From Anthoceros angustus (lineage: Eukaryota; Plantae; Anthocerotophyta), in NCBI GenBank assembly GCA_010909165.1, contig MU008156.1, positions 62,001 to 126,000 of the forward strand: a DNA stretch of 64,000 bases. The letters run 5' to 3'. Shown here in pieces: positions 37,483 to 51,168 of the stretch. A program made the translations under genes and the position numbers. Numbering within the stretch: position 1 is the stretch's first letter; each line of letters opens with the position of its first letter. Under the pieces are notes generated by a model. It was not told where the DNA came from. It did not search any database and saw nothing but the letters and a program-made list of their open reading frames with translations.

Positions 37483-38730
37483 CATAATTTTTTAAGGGGG
37501 TGAATAATCTCGAAGGGGGTTTTCCGTAAATAATCTCTGACGGGGGTTTTTGATGGGCCCTAAAACAGCGTTTTTAAAGCATTCCGGAAAACATCTCCAA
37601 AAAAAAGGGTGTCGCCCACTAAAGTTCCTACTTTCCATCCAGCAATGTTTCTGTCGAATTGTGGTTGCAAACTCAAACCTATGGGATTAATACAAAGTAG
37701 GAACGATAAGGAAGGTCGTTCCTGCCGGGAAGGGACGACTGTAAATTCAGTTTTGGGAGGAAAATGTGGTTTAGTAAGGACACAACAAAAGCCACGGACA
37801 GGGTATTTCCAAAACACAGTAACATCTGGAATCAGACGTACAACATTCACTCGGGGACCACAGGACAACCATGATTTGATTTCACTCATCACGAGTTCAA
37901 TCTTCGTCATCACTTGGTCCGACTTCTCTCCAACATGTCATCACTATCTTGGTGGCACTTTGACTACATCTTTGTATGAAGCCAGCGCAACTCATGAGCT
38001 TATCCCTTGTCGCTTTTTGTCCACCGTATACACATGTTTAGTCGTTCAACACAAACCCATGTCTGGGATGGCTATTTTCATTCCACAAACACCTCCATAT
38101 GTTTTTGAGTAATGGACCTTATTCCCTTTTTCCTCGGCATCGAGGACTAGATGGGTTGGCTTTCATGGACTATATTATACACATATACTCTCCCTTCGTG
38201 CGCATGTCTGTGTGCTCGGTCGATGCAGTGGATAAGAAAGTAAGGTCGTGGTGCATCTAGCTTCGCATCAATGACTTTCCCCAATCCAGAATGGCTTGTT
38301 ATGCGTGTCCATAGTGCACGGCACAGCCAGAAACATCCCCTTCAAGTTTTTTTTTATGTCCCCGTTCATCCGCGCCATTCCCACTGTTGCCTTCCGGCAT
38401 TTGATATACTAAGTACATTCGTGGGAGGTCCCTCAATAATGCCTCATCTAGCAAGCTTCATCGGCACTTGAAGTGGTCGGTTGTATGATCCATACGCGTG
38501 AAAACCACTTCAAGAATATTTGTAGCACTAGCCCAATGTTTTTCTCACAATGATAGCAATCTCCTTCAGGTCCACCCAAAGGCTTCCCACCACTTGTACT
38601 CTTCAACAATCACCTAGCGCAAATCTTTTTAACCCATGCAAATGGGCATTTTTTCGCCCGGTGATGGGATACTGCGTTCCCTTCTTGTCCCCTAGCTTCA
38701 CCGCATGCACGTGAGGATGGTGCTAAGGGA
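37483..38730. mobile_element. Left-arm fragment of the TIR element family seen at 44203
   Basis: Begins CATAATTTTTTAAGGGGGTGAATAATC and is collinear with 44203-45460. Confidence 0.75.
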
Positions 38731-38869
38731 GCGCCCGGCAAACCCTGCGCCCTCCCTTAGCCTGCCGAAATCGTGCAAGGTGAGCTAGAAGGGCGGCCGG
38801 CCGCGCCCTCCCAGAGAAATAGTGCGGACGTTGGTTAAGGTCGACTAGACCAGACCCAATGTGGATTAG

Positions 38870-39290
38870 TCAAACGTCCACTATTATGCCTTCTTCCCAC
38901 AATATCTTCAACTCTTCAATAAGCGGTCGGAAATAAATGTCTGCATTTTTCACTTGCTTCGGACCAAGAATAATCATTGATGATAATATATGTCCATTGC
39001 ATATGGACATCCATGGAGGCAAGTTATAATTGACAAGTAGCACTAGCCAAATGGAATATTGAGAACTCTGGTGTCCAAATGGGTTAATCCCATCAGTAGC
39101 AAGCCCAAATCGAATATTGCGCGTCTCCATAGCAAACTCTGGAAATGTTTGGTTCACATATTCTCAGCAGGCCCTGATGGTGATTCGCACGATCCCATCA
39201 CTAGACTTATGTGTTGCATGCCAAGACATCATACTAGCTAGCTTCTCGCACCTAAACATTTGCTTTGTCCAACTAGGAATTAATGGGAAA
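38870..39290 (-). mobile_element. CACTA/En-Spm Tnp2 (Transposase_21) fragment
   Basis: FPEFAMETRNIRFGLATDGINPFG...YSIW.V.LVNYNLPPW...GPKQ....D.Y.RPLIEELK.LW. Confidence 0.9.
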
Positions 39291-39300
39291 TAAATAAACA

Positions 39301-40020
39301 CATAATGAAGGGGGAGAATATAGTAACCACCTTCAACATGCGACAGCGAAGACCCCCCGTGTCACGAAGAACACCTTTCCTAGAACAAGACATGTATACC
39401 CTTACTTTGATAATGCGCACACCCTTTCCTCACAGGTCATACACATGATAAAAGACGCACTTTCAAGTCTACACCCTAGTAACCGGAGCCATGAGGGGTG
39501 TGGGCCCGTGCCTCGCGCTTTTTGTAGAATGTTTAGAGGCCGCCATTTTCATACATGTTTATTACAACTCAAAACTTTTACTTTGAAGTGCCTTTGGAAC
39601 ACAATGAAAACAATCCTCGTACTAGCGGAAGTCTCATTTCAATGGTCGAATCGAGAACATTGTAACAACAAGCTCTTGCTAAGGGAGGTGGTCAACCAAG
39701 ATCGTGATAATAGTCATTGAAGAGTGTGGCCTCAAGCGACTCATCCATGCCTTGCAGACCCCGACATCGAGTCAAGTACCACCGCCATATTCCTAGAGGT
39801 GGTCTATATCGTCCGCCCTCAAAGTTGATATGGATTCGCTCTCTCCATTGCTTGTTCGCTCTTCACAATATTAGTATCATTCCCCGGGCCTGGTCATTCG
39901 TCGATGGTGTCGATCGCACACACAAAGACCTAGTGGTTTGTTGACCCTTATCCAAAAGGTCGCCAGTCGTGGTCTTCAACCTTCTGGCACTCAATGCAAC
40001 CACTTGGGCTTTAAGGCAAT
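39301..40020. mobile_element. Inverted copy of the right arm of the TIR element (homologous to 52884-53717)
   Basis: AATATAGTAACC, TTTGATAATG.GCACACCCTTTC, GATAAAAGACGCACTTTCAA and the 41-bp unit all match the reverse complement. Confidence 0.75.
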
Positions 40021-41109
40021 CCTTCTCACTTATGCAAACCTCCTTTGCCCAGAATTGGGATGGACTGTGTATTTTACGGAGAGAGCAAAGCAATTGCTAT
40101 CGACTAAAATTTACTTAATGAATAAAACAATAGAACAAAAATGTCACTTATGTATTCATCGCTTTACGTCCTTTCGCCCACGCAACCTTTCCTACAAGCA
40201 GCCCTAACATAAATAACCACGAGTAAGCGAGTATCCCTAACAGGTAAACCCTGTACGAAGGGTCTTTACTCTTGTCACTCCCTCTCGAGCGCAACGAGCT
40301 ACACGCTAAGTCCTTCGCAGCCCCACGGCACAGAATTCGCTGCTAATGCTTCGCCACCCACCGCAATCGAGTGCTTATTGTCCATATCCATGGCGGCCCC
40401 AACTAGGCTCGCCCGCTACCACTGCCACCGCCTACTCATGCTCTACGGGCTGACATCGACATCTCAAAGATCACAGAATGAAGACACTGGCGGAAGTGGC
40501 AAACTTGATATGGAAAACGCGGAGCAAGGGTAATATTTCTGGGAGGAGTGTGGTCTCCCAAGGTGGAGTTCCACTTTGATGTACCTTCACCAAGAAATGG
40601 CCGACACCAATCATGAGGAATGGGGTGAGAGCTTTTGTGTTGGGCAAATACCGCAGATTGGTAATTAGCTATGGATGACTATCAACCTGGCCCCATTGTG
40701 GACCTCAAGAGGTGCTCTCCCTACGGCTGACAACACCGACCCAGATACCTCAAGTGGTAGCTTGAGAACATATGACACGGACGGGTCAGCCAAGGACACT
40801 GCTTAGACCGTAGCTAAGATCAAGGAAGGCCCATGGTCTGACGGCTAGGCTGTTGTTTGTCGGCAGCCAGGTGATTTGGTAAGCAATTGGCTTCATCCAC
40901 CATGCAGCACTGGTTTGGAGTGCAACTTGTTTCTTGTCCTCACCGCTGACACTCACATACACCCCTCTCGCCACCGGGTATTTGATATATCGGGTCGCCA
41001 GAGGTAAGGCAGTAGGTGCTTGTTACTCATTACAGGGTGTCTCCACAAGGCAAGCTTATGGAAGATGCCTCTGACTGAAGGATGGCGCCTGCCTTCCCCA
41101 ACCCACCAG

Positions 41110-41990
41110 ATAAGTTCTGCTCATTGCTTGGTATGTGTTGTGAAGTCACCGATCCCCAAGCCCTCCATAAGCTGATAATGCTTATGCTTTGGCAAGGCCT
41201 TTATCAGGATATCGGCAGTATTATCGTCTGTCCCAACAAAGCCTACCTTAGTTACACCTCTGTCCACGGCATCTCGTACATAGTGGTGTTGAATCTCTAT
41301 ATGTTTGGTTTGTGCATGGAAACGGGGGTTTGCAACCAAGGCCAGGGCAAATATGTTGTCGCACGAGATTAGAGTCGGTCCAACTTGCTCCTGCCCAAGG
41401 TCATGTAAGAATCTCCTTTCCCACTTTGCCTTAAGGTTTCTGGGCTTCAACAGATTTATACTCTCCCTCGAGAGGAGAGTGGATATAGATGTTTTGCTTT
41501 TTGCTACCTGAAGCTTGATTTCAATACGCAGAGGCTAACAAGAAACAATATGTGGACAGTTACGCTGAGTTCTCGAGTCTCGATGCCTCAATTCCAAGCA
41601 TCTCAGAATCACTTACAAGATAAGTTTATCCTCGCCATCATTCTTGTATATCACTCCATGACAGCATCGGGCCTTAAGGTACCTGAATATCCTTTTTACT
41701 GCTACCCAATGTGCCTTACCTGGATTTTCTAGGAATTGAGAGACTGTAGGCTTACAAGCATGGGAAGATGTACAAATACCGGGGGTCTCATCTAATTTAT
41801 GACGATAGTGATATGCCTACACGCGGCTTGTAGGGAATTCTTTCCATATCCTTCTTTGGTTTTGGGGCAAAAGCTAAAGTACATTACACTTGTAAGCTTA
41901 ATTCCTACCGGCCTACTGCAGTATGTGCTCACAGCCTAGCTCGTGCAGTGCTCTCAAGCTATATGGCGCAAGCTGGTACCAAGCGATGTA
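41110..41990 (-). mobile_element. Internally deleted Copia remnant (RNase H and RT end, PBS-like site)
   Basis: ISCDNIFALAL..NPRFHAQTKHIEIQHHYVRD...NTADILIKAL at 41121-41450; ENPGKAHWVAVKRIFRYLK near 41670-41730; TGGTACCAGC near 41975. Confidence 0.75.
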
Positions 41991-42106
41991 AGCATCACTA
42001 CTCCGCAGGAACGAAGGAAATGGTGATGGGGATGACCGAAACCGATCAAGATCGAGTTGAAGCTGCATGAGGATGCGACCACAATGGAGGTTCGGTGTTT
42101 GGTGAC

Positions 42107-42107
42107 N
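42107..42107. other. Ambiguous base, possible scaffold join
   Basis: Single N; the sequence character changes across it. Confidence 0.8.
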
Positions 42108-45100
42108 GCGTTGCTCCAACCCCAAGGTGGCGGCGGGTGAGTTCGGAGATAGCGCGGGGTGCGGGCCGAGGCTGAATGTCTCAGTCGCCGGAGAGAAGCC
42201 AGCCCTCTCGTCGGCCGGCGTGGTGGAAGTAACTGGGCGGGAGGTGCCTTCCACATAGTAGCCGAGTGCATGGCTTACTCTACCTTGCAGCCGCCTACGG
42301 CCTTCTGACTGCCTTGTTGCCGCAGGCGTGAATACTGCCTGCGGCCCCAGCAGGCCAGTCTGCTGCCCGTCTTCCATTCGGGGCCGTCCGTGTGGCGCCG
42401 CTCGATGCGACTCACGACTCAGCTACAAGTTACTTTTGGCGTACTTATCTGTTTTGACCGGAGTGGGGTGGGACTTATCCGATACCCACGGTCGCGGTAG
42501 CGTCGTGAGTAGTGGTGGGTCCGTTACCTCCGGGTCAAGATACTCCGGGCAGTCAGGAGGTCGCGTCTTATTCCTCCTTTTCATGTATTTCTTGGGACCT
42601 CTGAAAAACAAAACCAACATTTCCTAACACCCCCAAAGTGCAGTGACCGCGGCACAGCTCTATTGCTATCATCTCCCGATCCCTTGACTCGATTTCCAAT
42701 TTCTTGTTTGTGCCATGATCATGCCTCGTAAATTCATCGCTAGGTGCCTCCTCCCCCCACGTTGAACCACGCACAACATAGGGCCTTTACTTGGCCCGTT
42801 TCAACACCTATAGCTAAGGGCGACTATTTCTAACCTAATTTTGTCACTATTTATGCGGGCCATATTCATGGTCTTGGGAAAATAATAATAAACTATTACG
42901 GGTTATGGTCCATAAAAAATAGAATATTTCTCTATGTCCTTGGTTGTGGAACATGTCTAAGCTTCATTAAAAAAGTATAAAGCGTATTTGAAAATGTTGG
43001 TTAAGTTTGTATTTTCATTTTCCTTACCTTAGCTAAATGTTAAAAGAAGGTCGATATGATTCTTTGGGACAATCCGGCCCAAGTGGAGACAAATCATGTC
43101 GTTTCATAGGGCTAGAGACTATCACGGCAATCTCAATGAAACAGTCTTGACAACTTTCCTTTGAGAACATTGACTATAATTTGAATGGAATCTTGTGATT
43201 TAGGTGTTTGAGGTGTGACATTAGGGATTGATGAAGCGACTGAATGCGTTGATTTCCTAACTCCTAGCCGCGGCAAACGCAAGAATAGAGTGGCCCCTCA
43301 CATTTTGTGAAGCGACATGCAATACGCCAGCAATGTAGCTCAAATCATGGAAATAAGGGAAGATGTTCACTTTCTTTGCGTCTGCTGATTTGGTTTAGCT
43401 CGATGAGGGCTAATAATTTTATTCTTTGAGGAATCCGGCTACCGCTAATGAAAGTGAACTTTTGTTGTGATAACGCAATGTCTTTTATTCGAGGTTCAGT
43501 GCAAAAAAACCGAGCATATGTATGTGGGCGAAGTTTGCGCACCGAAAAAAATCGGACAGCCATGAATGTGTGTGTGATTGGGACTCTTTTTCTTTGGATG
43601 AGCCCAGCCAGTCCGGCGGTCCCATATGTGCAGTGGCTAACACTCTCGATTCATGCCCTAAGATACTTGGGACTCCGGGAGACATGCCTCTGAGTGCGGC
43701 GCACATCGCCGTCATGCCTCCTTGGCCACCCTCGGTAGATTAGTCCCAATTGTCGGCCGATATGAGGTCTCTCGCAATCTCGGTGCCCCAAAGACTCGGG
43801 ACACTTTCCTTGCCTTCCTCATGCGACACCTTGGTCGCCTCTTGAGTGCCAAGACATGTGCGGCGGGGCCAGGGCCACGGAGGATGTTCTCGTGTTTGCA
43901 TTTTGGCCAAACAAGCTTGTTGTGATCCTGGGATGGGTGAATTTCGACGTGCGTTGTGGCTTGGGGTCATGTGTTGGTGCTCACGTGTTTGTCAGCCATG
44001 CCCTGTACATGTGACATGGTGATTTTAGGATTTGTCTCCAAGGAGCCAGGGAGCGCTCCATCTCTCTCTCTCGGCGGATCGGGATGCTATCAACTGGGCC
44101 GGGCATGCCTTGTCCATTGGTTTCCTGGGCCCGGGGATTAGCTCGCGTTGTCATAAGCAGCTCGACCTTGGCGAGCCGGGGCGGAAGTGGAGGAGAAAAA
44201 ACCATAATTTTTGAAGGAGGTGAATAATCTTGATGGGGGTTTTCCGTAAATAATCTTTGAAGGGGGTTTTTGATGGGCCCTAAAACAACGTTTATTAGTC
44301 ATTCGAAAACATCTTGAAAAAAGGTGTCACCGGTAAGAGTTACTACTTTCCAACCGGCAATGTTTACCACATGGAATGGTGGTATGGCTTCGAACCTATG
44401 GGATTAATGCAAAGTGGGACTGAAGGAAGGCCGTTTCTGCTAGGGAGCGGACGTGAAGTCGATTTAGGAAGGAGGAAAATGTGGTTTAAGTAATGACACA
44501 ACAAAAGCCACAGTTGGATATTTCCAAAACACGGTAACATGTCTGGAACCGGACATTACAACATTCACTCGGGACCGAGACAACTTGATTTGAGTTTACT
44601 CATCCCAGGACTTCAATCCATTCATCACTTGGTCCGACTTCTCTAGCATTGTCATCACATATCTTGGTGACACTTGGCACTTGATTTGTACCGAAGCCGC
44701 GCAACTCGCAGAGCTTATCCCTTATCGCTTTTTTGTCCACCGCATACAAATGTTTCCGTGCATTCAACACAAACCTATAATACAGGATGACTGTTTCATT
44801 CACAAATACCTCCTGTATATTTTTTGGGTAAGGGACCTTATTCCCCTTTTTCCTCGGCATTGGACTAGATGGGTTGGCACTCTGGTGGACTATGTATTCC
44901 TGCACAAATCTCCCGTGGTACGCATCTGTGTGCTCGGTCCGATACTAGTGGATAAGAAAGTGAGGTCGTGGTGCATTTAGCTTCGAGTCAATGACCTCCC
45001 TAATCCAGAATGGCCTGTTGTGCGTGTCGTAGTGCCGCGGCGGAACATCCCTTCGGTTCCAGTTATGTCCCCATTCATCCAGCGCCATTTTCCCTGTTGC

Positions 45101-46189
45101 CTTCCCGCATTTGATATGCCCCAAGTCTGAATCACTTGTTGTGGGAGGTCCCTCAATAATGCTTCATCCAGAAAAGCTTCATCCGGTACGTGAAGTGGTC
45201 GGGCTGTATGATCCACTTTTGCACATGAAAACCACTTCCAAGGACGCTCTAGTAGTAGCCCGATGTTATTCTCCACAATGACAGCAATCTCCTTCTAGTC
45301 CACCCAAAAGGCTTCTCACCACTTGTACTCTTCAGCAGTCACCTATGGACGCAAATCTTTTAACCCTTCCTGCAAATGGGCCACACCTTTCATCGGTGAT
45401 AGGATACACTACGTTCCTTCTTGTCCCCCTAGCTCCACACATGCCGTGGGTGGTGCTAGGGGCACTCAGCCCGACTTCGCCCTCCATAACGCCTGCCCAT
45501 GGCGCCCGCCCGGCAGCCTCCATAACCACGCCCACCCATGGCGCCACGGCCGGCGCCCTCCCCTGACCATGCCTGCCATGTATCGCCCGGCCTGGCGCCC
45601 TCCCATGACACCCGCCCATGCCATGTGCACCGAGCGGTAGGCGCCCTCCTGTGCGCCACCACCTTGTGTCTTGGGCCAGTGGCCTTCCCTCCATGACATA
45701 AGGAAATTATATGTAGATGTAGATTTATTACATAAATAATAACATTGTATATTCAAGAGAACAACAACAACAACGAAAAAGAAACTAAACACAACAACTA
45801 AAACATGGATAGATTGTGACTATTATTAGCGAGACATAACCCTAAGCGAAGGGTGAAGACATTTTTAACTGTACACACTATAGAAAGCTAGACATAATAT
45901 AACTCTAATCTCATGCTAACACATTATACTTCTCCCCTTGTTGGATTCTGACGGTCGGACGTCTCCTCTTCGTCTTCTCCTCCACGGGGCGCATGTGAGG
46001 CCTTGAAATTTGAAATTTGGCGTAAAACTCATTGTGTGTGTGTCTTGGATCGCATCACACGCTGCCTTTTAAAGCAGCGATGGGCGTGTCAGCAAAACTT
46101 GGACGGTGCGGCTAGCATGCTATAGCATGCCTCTTCACTTCAAGCCTTATCATTTGTAAGCTGTTGGGGCGTAGGATTTCAGAGCTCAG

Positions 46190-47032
46190 GATGTCGTCCT
46201 CATCTAATGACTGCACTCCTGTAAAGCGTCGCGTCTACCACCGTGACACTCTAGGGCGGTTTGCAAGCACACGAGCTAGAGCGACGCCTCCTCTCGGTGG
46301 CGAAATGCTCCTGGCACTCGGCGTGGCAGTGGAGGCGTCGCGAGGAAGACCACGCGGCACAACTCGAGCTTTGCGGAGGCGGTGCGCTTGTTAGGAGGCC
46401 TGTGTCCTCTCACGGGCATTGGCTCTTGCGCGATGTGGCTCACGCATGGGCAGCCTCCTAAAGAGATTGTTCTCAAGAGACAACTGTGACAAGCTCCGCT
46501 TCAAAGCTGGTGAGTTCGCATATGCTGATTCTGATCATAGGCCTGCGGTGCCGACGAAGTTTCCAGTTCCAGCAGATTCTGATGAAGAAACCAAGATTGT
46601 GAGCCTTGGCTCTTTTGCAATTCCTTGTACCCCACTGTGGTATAAGTGCCCATACACCCGCCATAGGATGGTCAGAGTGAGGGTAGAGCACTGCCGTGAG
46701 TTCAAGCGCCATGTGGTCAGCTTCTACCGTAAGTGTACCCTGTCCACTGTTTACGCTAGCATCCCTGTTGATTCACTTCTCACGTTTTCTGATAAGCTCC
46801 CACTTGCCCTGCAGGATCTGAATCAAGGCTAGAGGAGGAGCGAAGCCTTGAGACCGAGGAGAGGATCTCTTACACGGAGCGTAAGAAAAGGAACTCTCCA
46901 AGATCGGAAGAAAGCTTCACCACTGCTTCCGAGCATGACCCTGATTCCACTGAGCCTGATTCTTTTGGCAGTCGTGCAAGTGTGGCCATAGATAGTGAGG
47001 AAGAAGACAGTGTGGACTGGGGACGTGACTAG
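46190..47032 (+). pseudogene. Antisense accessory ORF (ORF-C) between pol and the 3' LTR, broken into three frames
   Basis: MSSSSNDCTPVKRRVYHRD..., a 137-aa core at 46419-46832, and an acidic tail ...IDSEEEDSVDWGRD*. Confidence 0.5.
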
Positions 47033-47129
47033 TAGTTTAGGTTACTAGGCAGCAGGACTGAGGAAGTCGCTAGGCTTCCCCATTCCAAGACCTTTCATGT
47101 GCCTCTCGCGCAGCTCCCTTCCTAGAGCT

Positions 47130-50100
47130 TTAGTCATAACGTCTGCTGGATTTTCTGCTGTCTATGTCCCCGGCATAATCTGAGTCAGTATATACATCCA
47201 GTTCAAGGGCGACATCAGGTTTGTACTTGTAAACAATTCCATACTGTGCTGTCCCTTTTAGGTATCGAAATACCCTTTTGACACAAGTCCAGTGCTCCTG
47301 TCCAGGGTTTTCTAGGTATTGGGAAAGCACGCTTGTCGAATATGCCACTTCTGGACGAGTAGTATTAGCAGCATATATGAGCTTCCCTACTGCTTTGCGG
47401 TAAGGAACAGGAAGCATCTTGTCCTTTTCAGCCTGTGTTCGCGGGCTCATAGAATTGCTGAGCTTAAGCCCACTTGGTAATGGCGTGACTGCAGGATTCG
47501 CATCTTTGAGTCCAAGCTGGTCTGCGCTATCGAGAAGGTACCTAGGTTGAGTAAGAGTCAAGATTCTCCTCTTTCGATCCCTCTGAATATGAATGCCAAG
47601 GCAGCTTTGTAAAGCTCCTAAATTTGACATCTCGAACTTCTTGGATAGCAGGCCATTGATCTTTGTGATGAATGAGGCGACGGCGCAGTATCAAGTCGTC
47701 ACATATCTGACGAGGTAACATATCCCCGCCCGTACAGCGTATAGACTACTGTCTGAGACACATTTGACAAAGCCTAGAGCTCGCAGTTCCTCATCTAGGA
47801 CTGAATTCCATTCAAGAGCAGACTGTTGTAAACCATACAGGGTTTTGATCAGGCGAAGGACATGGTCCTCTTTCCCCTTTACTATAGCCTGTTGGTTGCT
47901 GCATATAGATCTCGGTATCCAGTTTGCCGTGCAAGAAGGCTGTTTTAACGTCAAACATTTCCAACTCATAGTCATGGTGTGCTGCCACTGCACATAGGAC
48001 ACGAAACGTGGCGAGCTTCACCACTGGAGCATAAGTCTCCAGGTAATCAAGACCTGGTACTTGGGAGAAACCACGAGCGACAAGCCTGGCTTTGTACCTG
48101 TCAAAGGTACCATCTGCTTTGACTTTAAGTTTGAATACCCATTTACAGGACACCATCTTGCGTCCAGGAGGTAATTTAGCAAGTTCCCAAGTGCCATTTG
48201 TGATGAGACTGTCGTATTCAGACTGAATGGCCTTTTGCCATTCTGCAGCATCTGGCCTACTCAAGGCTTCTTCATAGGTGCGAGGCTCTATAGGATCCAG
48301 ACTGGTAGCATGAGCACGTGTCGAACCTGACCTGAAGTCATGTGATTGGTAGTAATCAGGAGCACGTCTTTCTCTTGCCGGATATCGACGTTCAAGGTGT
48401 TCAGGCTGTTCCACTACGTCAACTTCATCATCACTGTCCAGGATAACAGCTGCATCGTCTGTAACTTCATCGTCAATAGCATCTGGATCAGGTATGTCTG
48501 GTTCGGGTTGTGGCTCAACAGCAATAGGAGGTTGCTGCTGCGGCGCATCAAGATCAGCAAAGGCATCCTCTGCTGGGTCGACTTCATTGTCATTCTGAAT
48601 TTGATCTTGGTGTTCTTCCCCCCCTGCAGGAGCAATCTCCTCAGGTGTTGAATCATCAAAGAAGGTGAGTGCGGGAAGGGTAGACAAATCAGCAACATCA
48701 GCTGAAGTGGGAGGAGCTCCCACTGGCGTCCAAACACGGCCTTCATCAAAGGTAACACTGCGGGCGTAGAGAACCTTGTTCTGAGAGACATCATATAGTT
48801 TATAAGCTTTGATGCCCTCAGTGTATCCTATCATAAGGAGTTTCCTGGCCTTTGTAGATAGCTTCTTCCGCTTCTCCTTGGGAATGAGAGCATAAGCGAT
48901 ACAACCAAAAGTTTGAAGATGAAGGATAGAAGGTTTTCTGCCGAAGAAGGCCTCATATGGCGTCTGACCTACAACTGCAGTGGTAGGCAACCTGTTTCTC
49001 AAGTACACAGCTGTCATTAGGGCCTCAGCCCAGTAGGGTAAAGGCAAGGTAGCCTGATGAAGCAAGGATGAGACCATCTCCTGCAGCGTCAAGTTCGGAG
49101 CGCACGCCACCATTTTCTTGTGGTGTATGTAAAGCGGCGGTGTATGGTCTATCCCCTCCTCTGTACAGTAGTGCTGAAATTCTTTAGATGTGAATTCTCC
49201 TCCGTTATCAGATCGGAGTGTTTTGAGCTGTTTTTCTGTCCATCTCTCAACATACTTCAAGTAAGCTTTGAATTGAGAGAAGGCTTCACTCTTGGCCTTC
49301 AGGATATAAGCCATGACGAATCTTGTCTTGTCGTCAGTGAAGGTCAGGAAGTACTTGCCACCGCCTATTGAAGGCTGTGACAATGGCCCACAAATATCAG
49401 TGTGGACTAGTTCGAGAACTTCCGAAGCTCTATGTGGAGTCCTGTTTTTGAAGGCTGCTTGGTGGCGCTTGGATAACACACAAGCTTCACACAAAGGTAA
49501 GACAGGAAGAGTACCGATCTTTCCATCATAGTATAGGTCACTGGTGGCCAGTTTCTGCAGCTTGACACCATGTGGATGACCTAACCTATTGTGCCATAAC
49601 CTGGCTTTGTCCGTTTGATGTGTAGGTGGAAGGTCACCTTGTGACGTCAAGTGGGACTGCACAGGAATGCTGTGCAAGTGAAGTCGGAAGAGATCGTGAT
49701 CTGAAGATCCATAAGCTAAGACCTTGCGATGATCAAAAGCATCTAGGATCTGACACTCTGTAAGAGTGAACAGAATGTGACTGTTGTTGTCCATATTTAA
49801 TTGCCTGACAGAAATGAGATTTCTGGTCATTTCAGGTACGTAGTACACATTGGTGAGGGACAACTTTAGCCCCGAAGGAACAGGAAGGATCACTGTGCCC
49901 TTACCTGGAGACACCAATGCCCTGTTATCACCTAGATAGACAAACTGGTCCTTTACTTGCCTATAGGTGACGAAGGCATTTCTATCAAAGCAAATGTGCG
50001 CTGTTGCACCTGTGTCCAGGTACCACTCTTGAAATGGTCTAGACTCTGCTTTAGCTGATAAGCATGTGAGAAAAACTAGAGGTTTAGCAAACTCTCTTAC

Positions 50101-51041
50101 CCCTACTGTCAGGGCTGAAGGAGAGGATTGCTTCTTTACTACAACGTGTGTCTCAGCATTCGCATTGCCCTCCTTGCGAGGTATGCCAGCTTGCTTCTTT
50201 CGACACTCGTTCTCCCAATGGCCGGGAATCTTGCACCAGTTGCACTTCCCGATCTTTTTGGGTTTCTTCTGTGAGGAAGCTCCATGTGAGCTTCCAGCAC
50301 CAGGTGTAGTAAGTTTGCCTCTAAAGTTTGATTTGCCGCCTCTACCCTTGTTTGAGGTGTAGAGTGCTTGCTGTTTCCCATGCTTAGGTCCACCTCTCGT
50401 GGCTTCTTCCTGGAGAAGTGCTCCCACTAGCTCAGAAAAGGTCATAAGAGGTAGTTTGATTTGGCAGCAGATGCCAGCTTCTGAGCTTGTGCCTGTGATG
50501 TATTGTACGAGGTCACAAAGTTCGACCAGGAGGCAGGTAAGGAAAGCATTAGATAGAGTGCTAACATAACTTCCTTAACAGCTTCTTGTGTTGTTCCTTC
50601 CAACTTAGAGACCAGATGTCTAAAGGTAGCAACGCGTTTTTCAACTGAGTCACCATCTCGCATCCTGCAGAATTGAAGGTTCTTGAGGGCTGCCATCTGG
50701 CTGGTTGAATTGCCACCGGAGTAAAGTTCACGAAGTCTAGACCAGATATCTGATGCAGATGTGGCTCCTGAAGTGTGCCTCAACATATCAGAAGTTAGGC
50801 CACCCCTTATCATGTACATGGCTGCGTCGTTTCTGACTGTCCATGCCTTAACAGTTGCTGCATCGCCTGTGTCTAATTTATCATCTCCGGTGGTTATGTC
50901 CCAGAGTCCTTTGTTCTGAAGAGCTCCCTTCATTCTCATTACCCAGATATCGTAATTCTCCCCCCCAAACCTATCCTTTTCCTTAAACATGTCACTACCT
51001 ATGTTATAGGACACTTTGGGTGTGGTGTCTTCATCACCCAT
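47130..51041 (-). CDS. Copia gag-pol (UBN2-type gag, CCHC knuckle, protease, GAG-pre-integrase, integrase, RT, start of RNase H), frameshifted
   Basis: NYDIWVMRMK; CNWCKIPGHWENEC; WYLDTGATAH; LWHNRLGH; LELVHTDICGP; LRSDNGGEF; CKWVFKLK; [10 protein letters not shown]; DVKTAFLHG; YTDSDYAGD, then truncation. Confidence 0.93.
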
Positions 51042-51168
51042 GTTTGTAGGATTTAACGGACACTAGTATGTGAAGTTGTAACCTGTGCTGTGCAGGTTAA
51101 TCACAACAAGTTGTCTAAGGACGGATGTTAGAGGGTGGATGATACCTAGTTCATGAAGACATCAGCAA

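Noticed and set aside
50442-50445. ATGA stop/start overlap between gag and pol as programmed recoding
   Set aside because: The break falls inside the gag domain (TFSELVGALLQEE continues it) and Copia gag-pol is normally one frame, so an indel is more likely.
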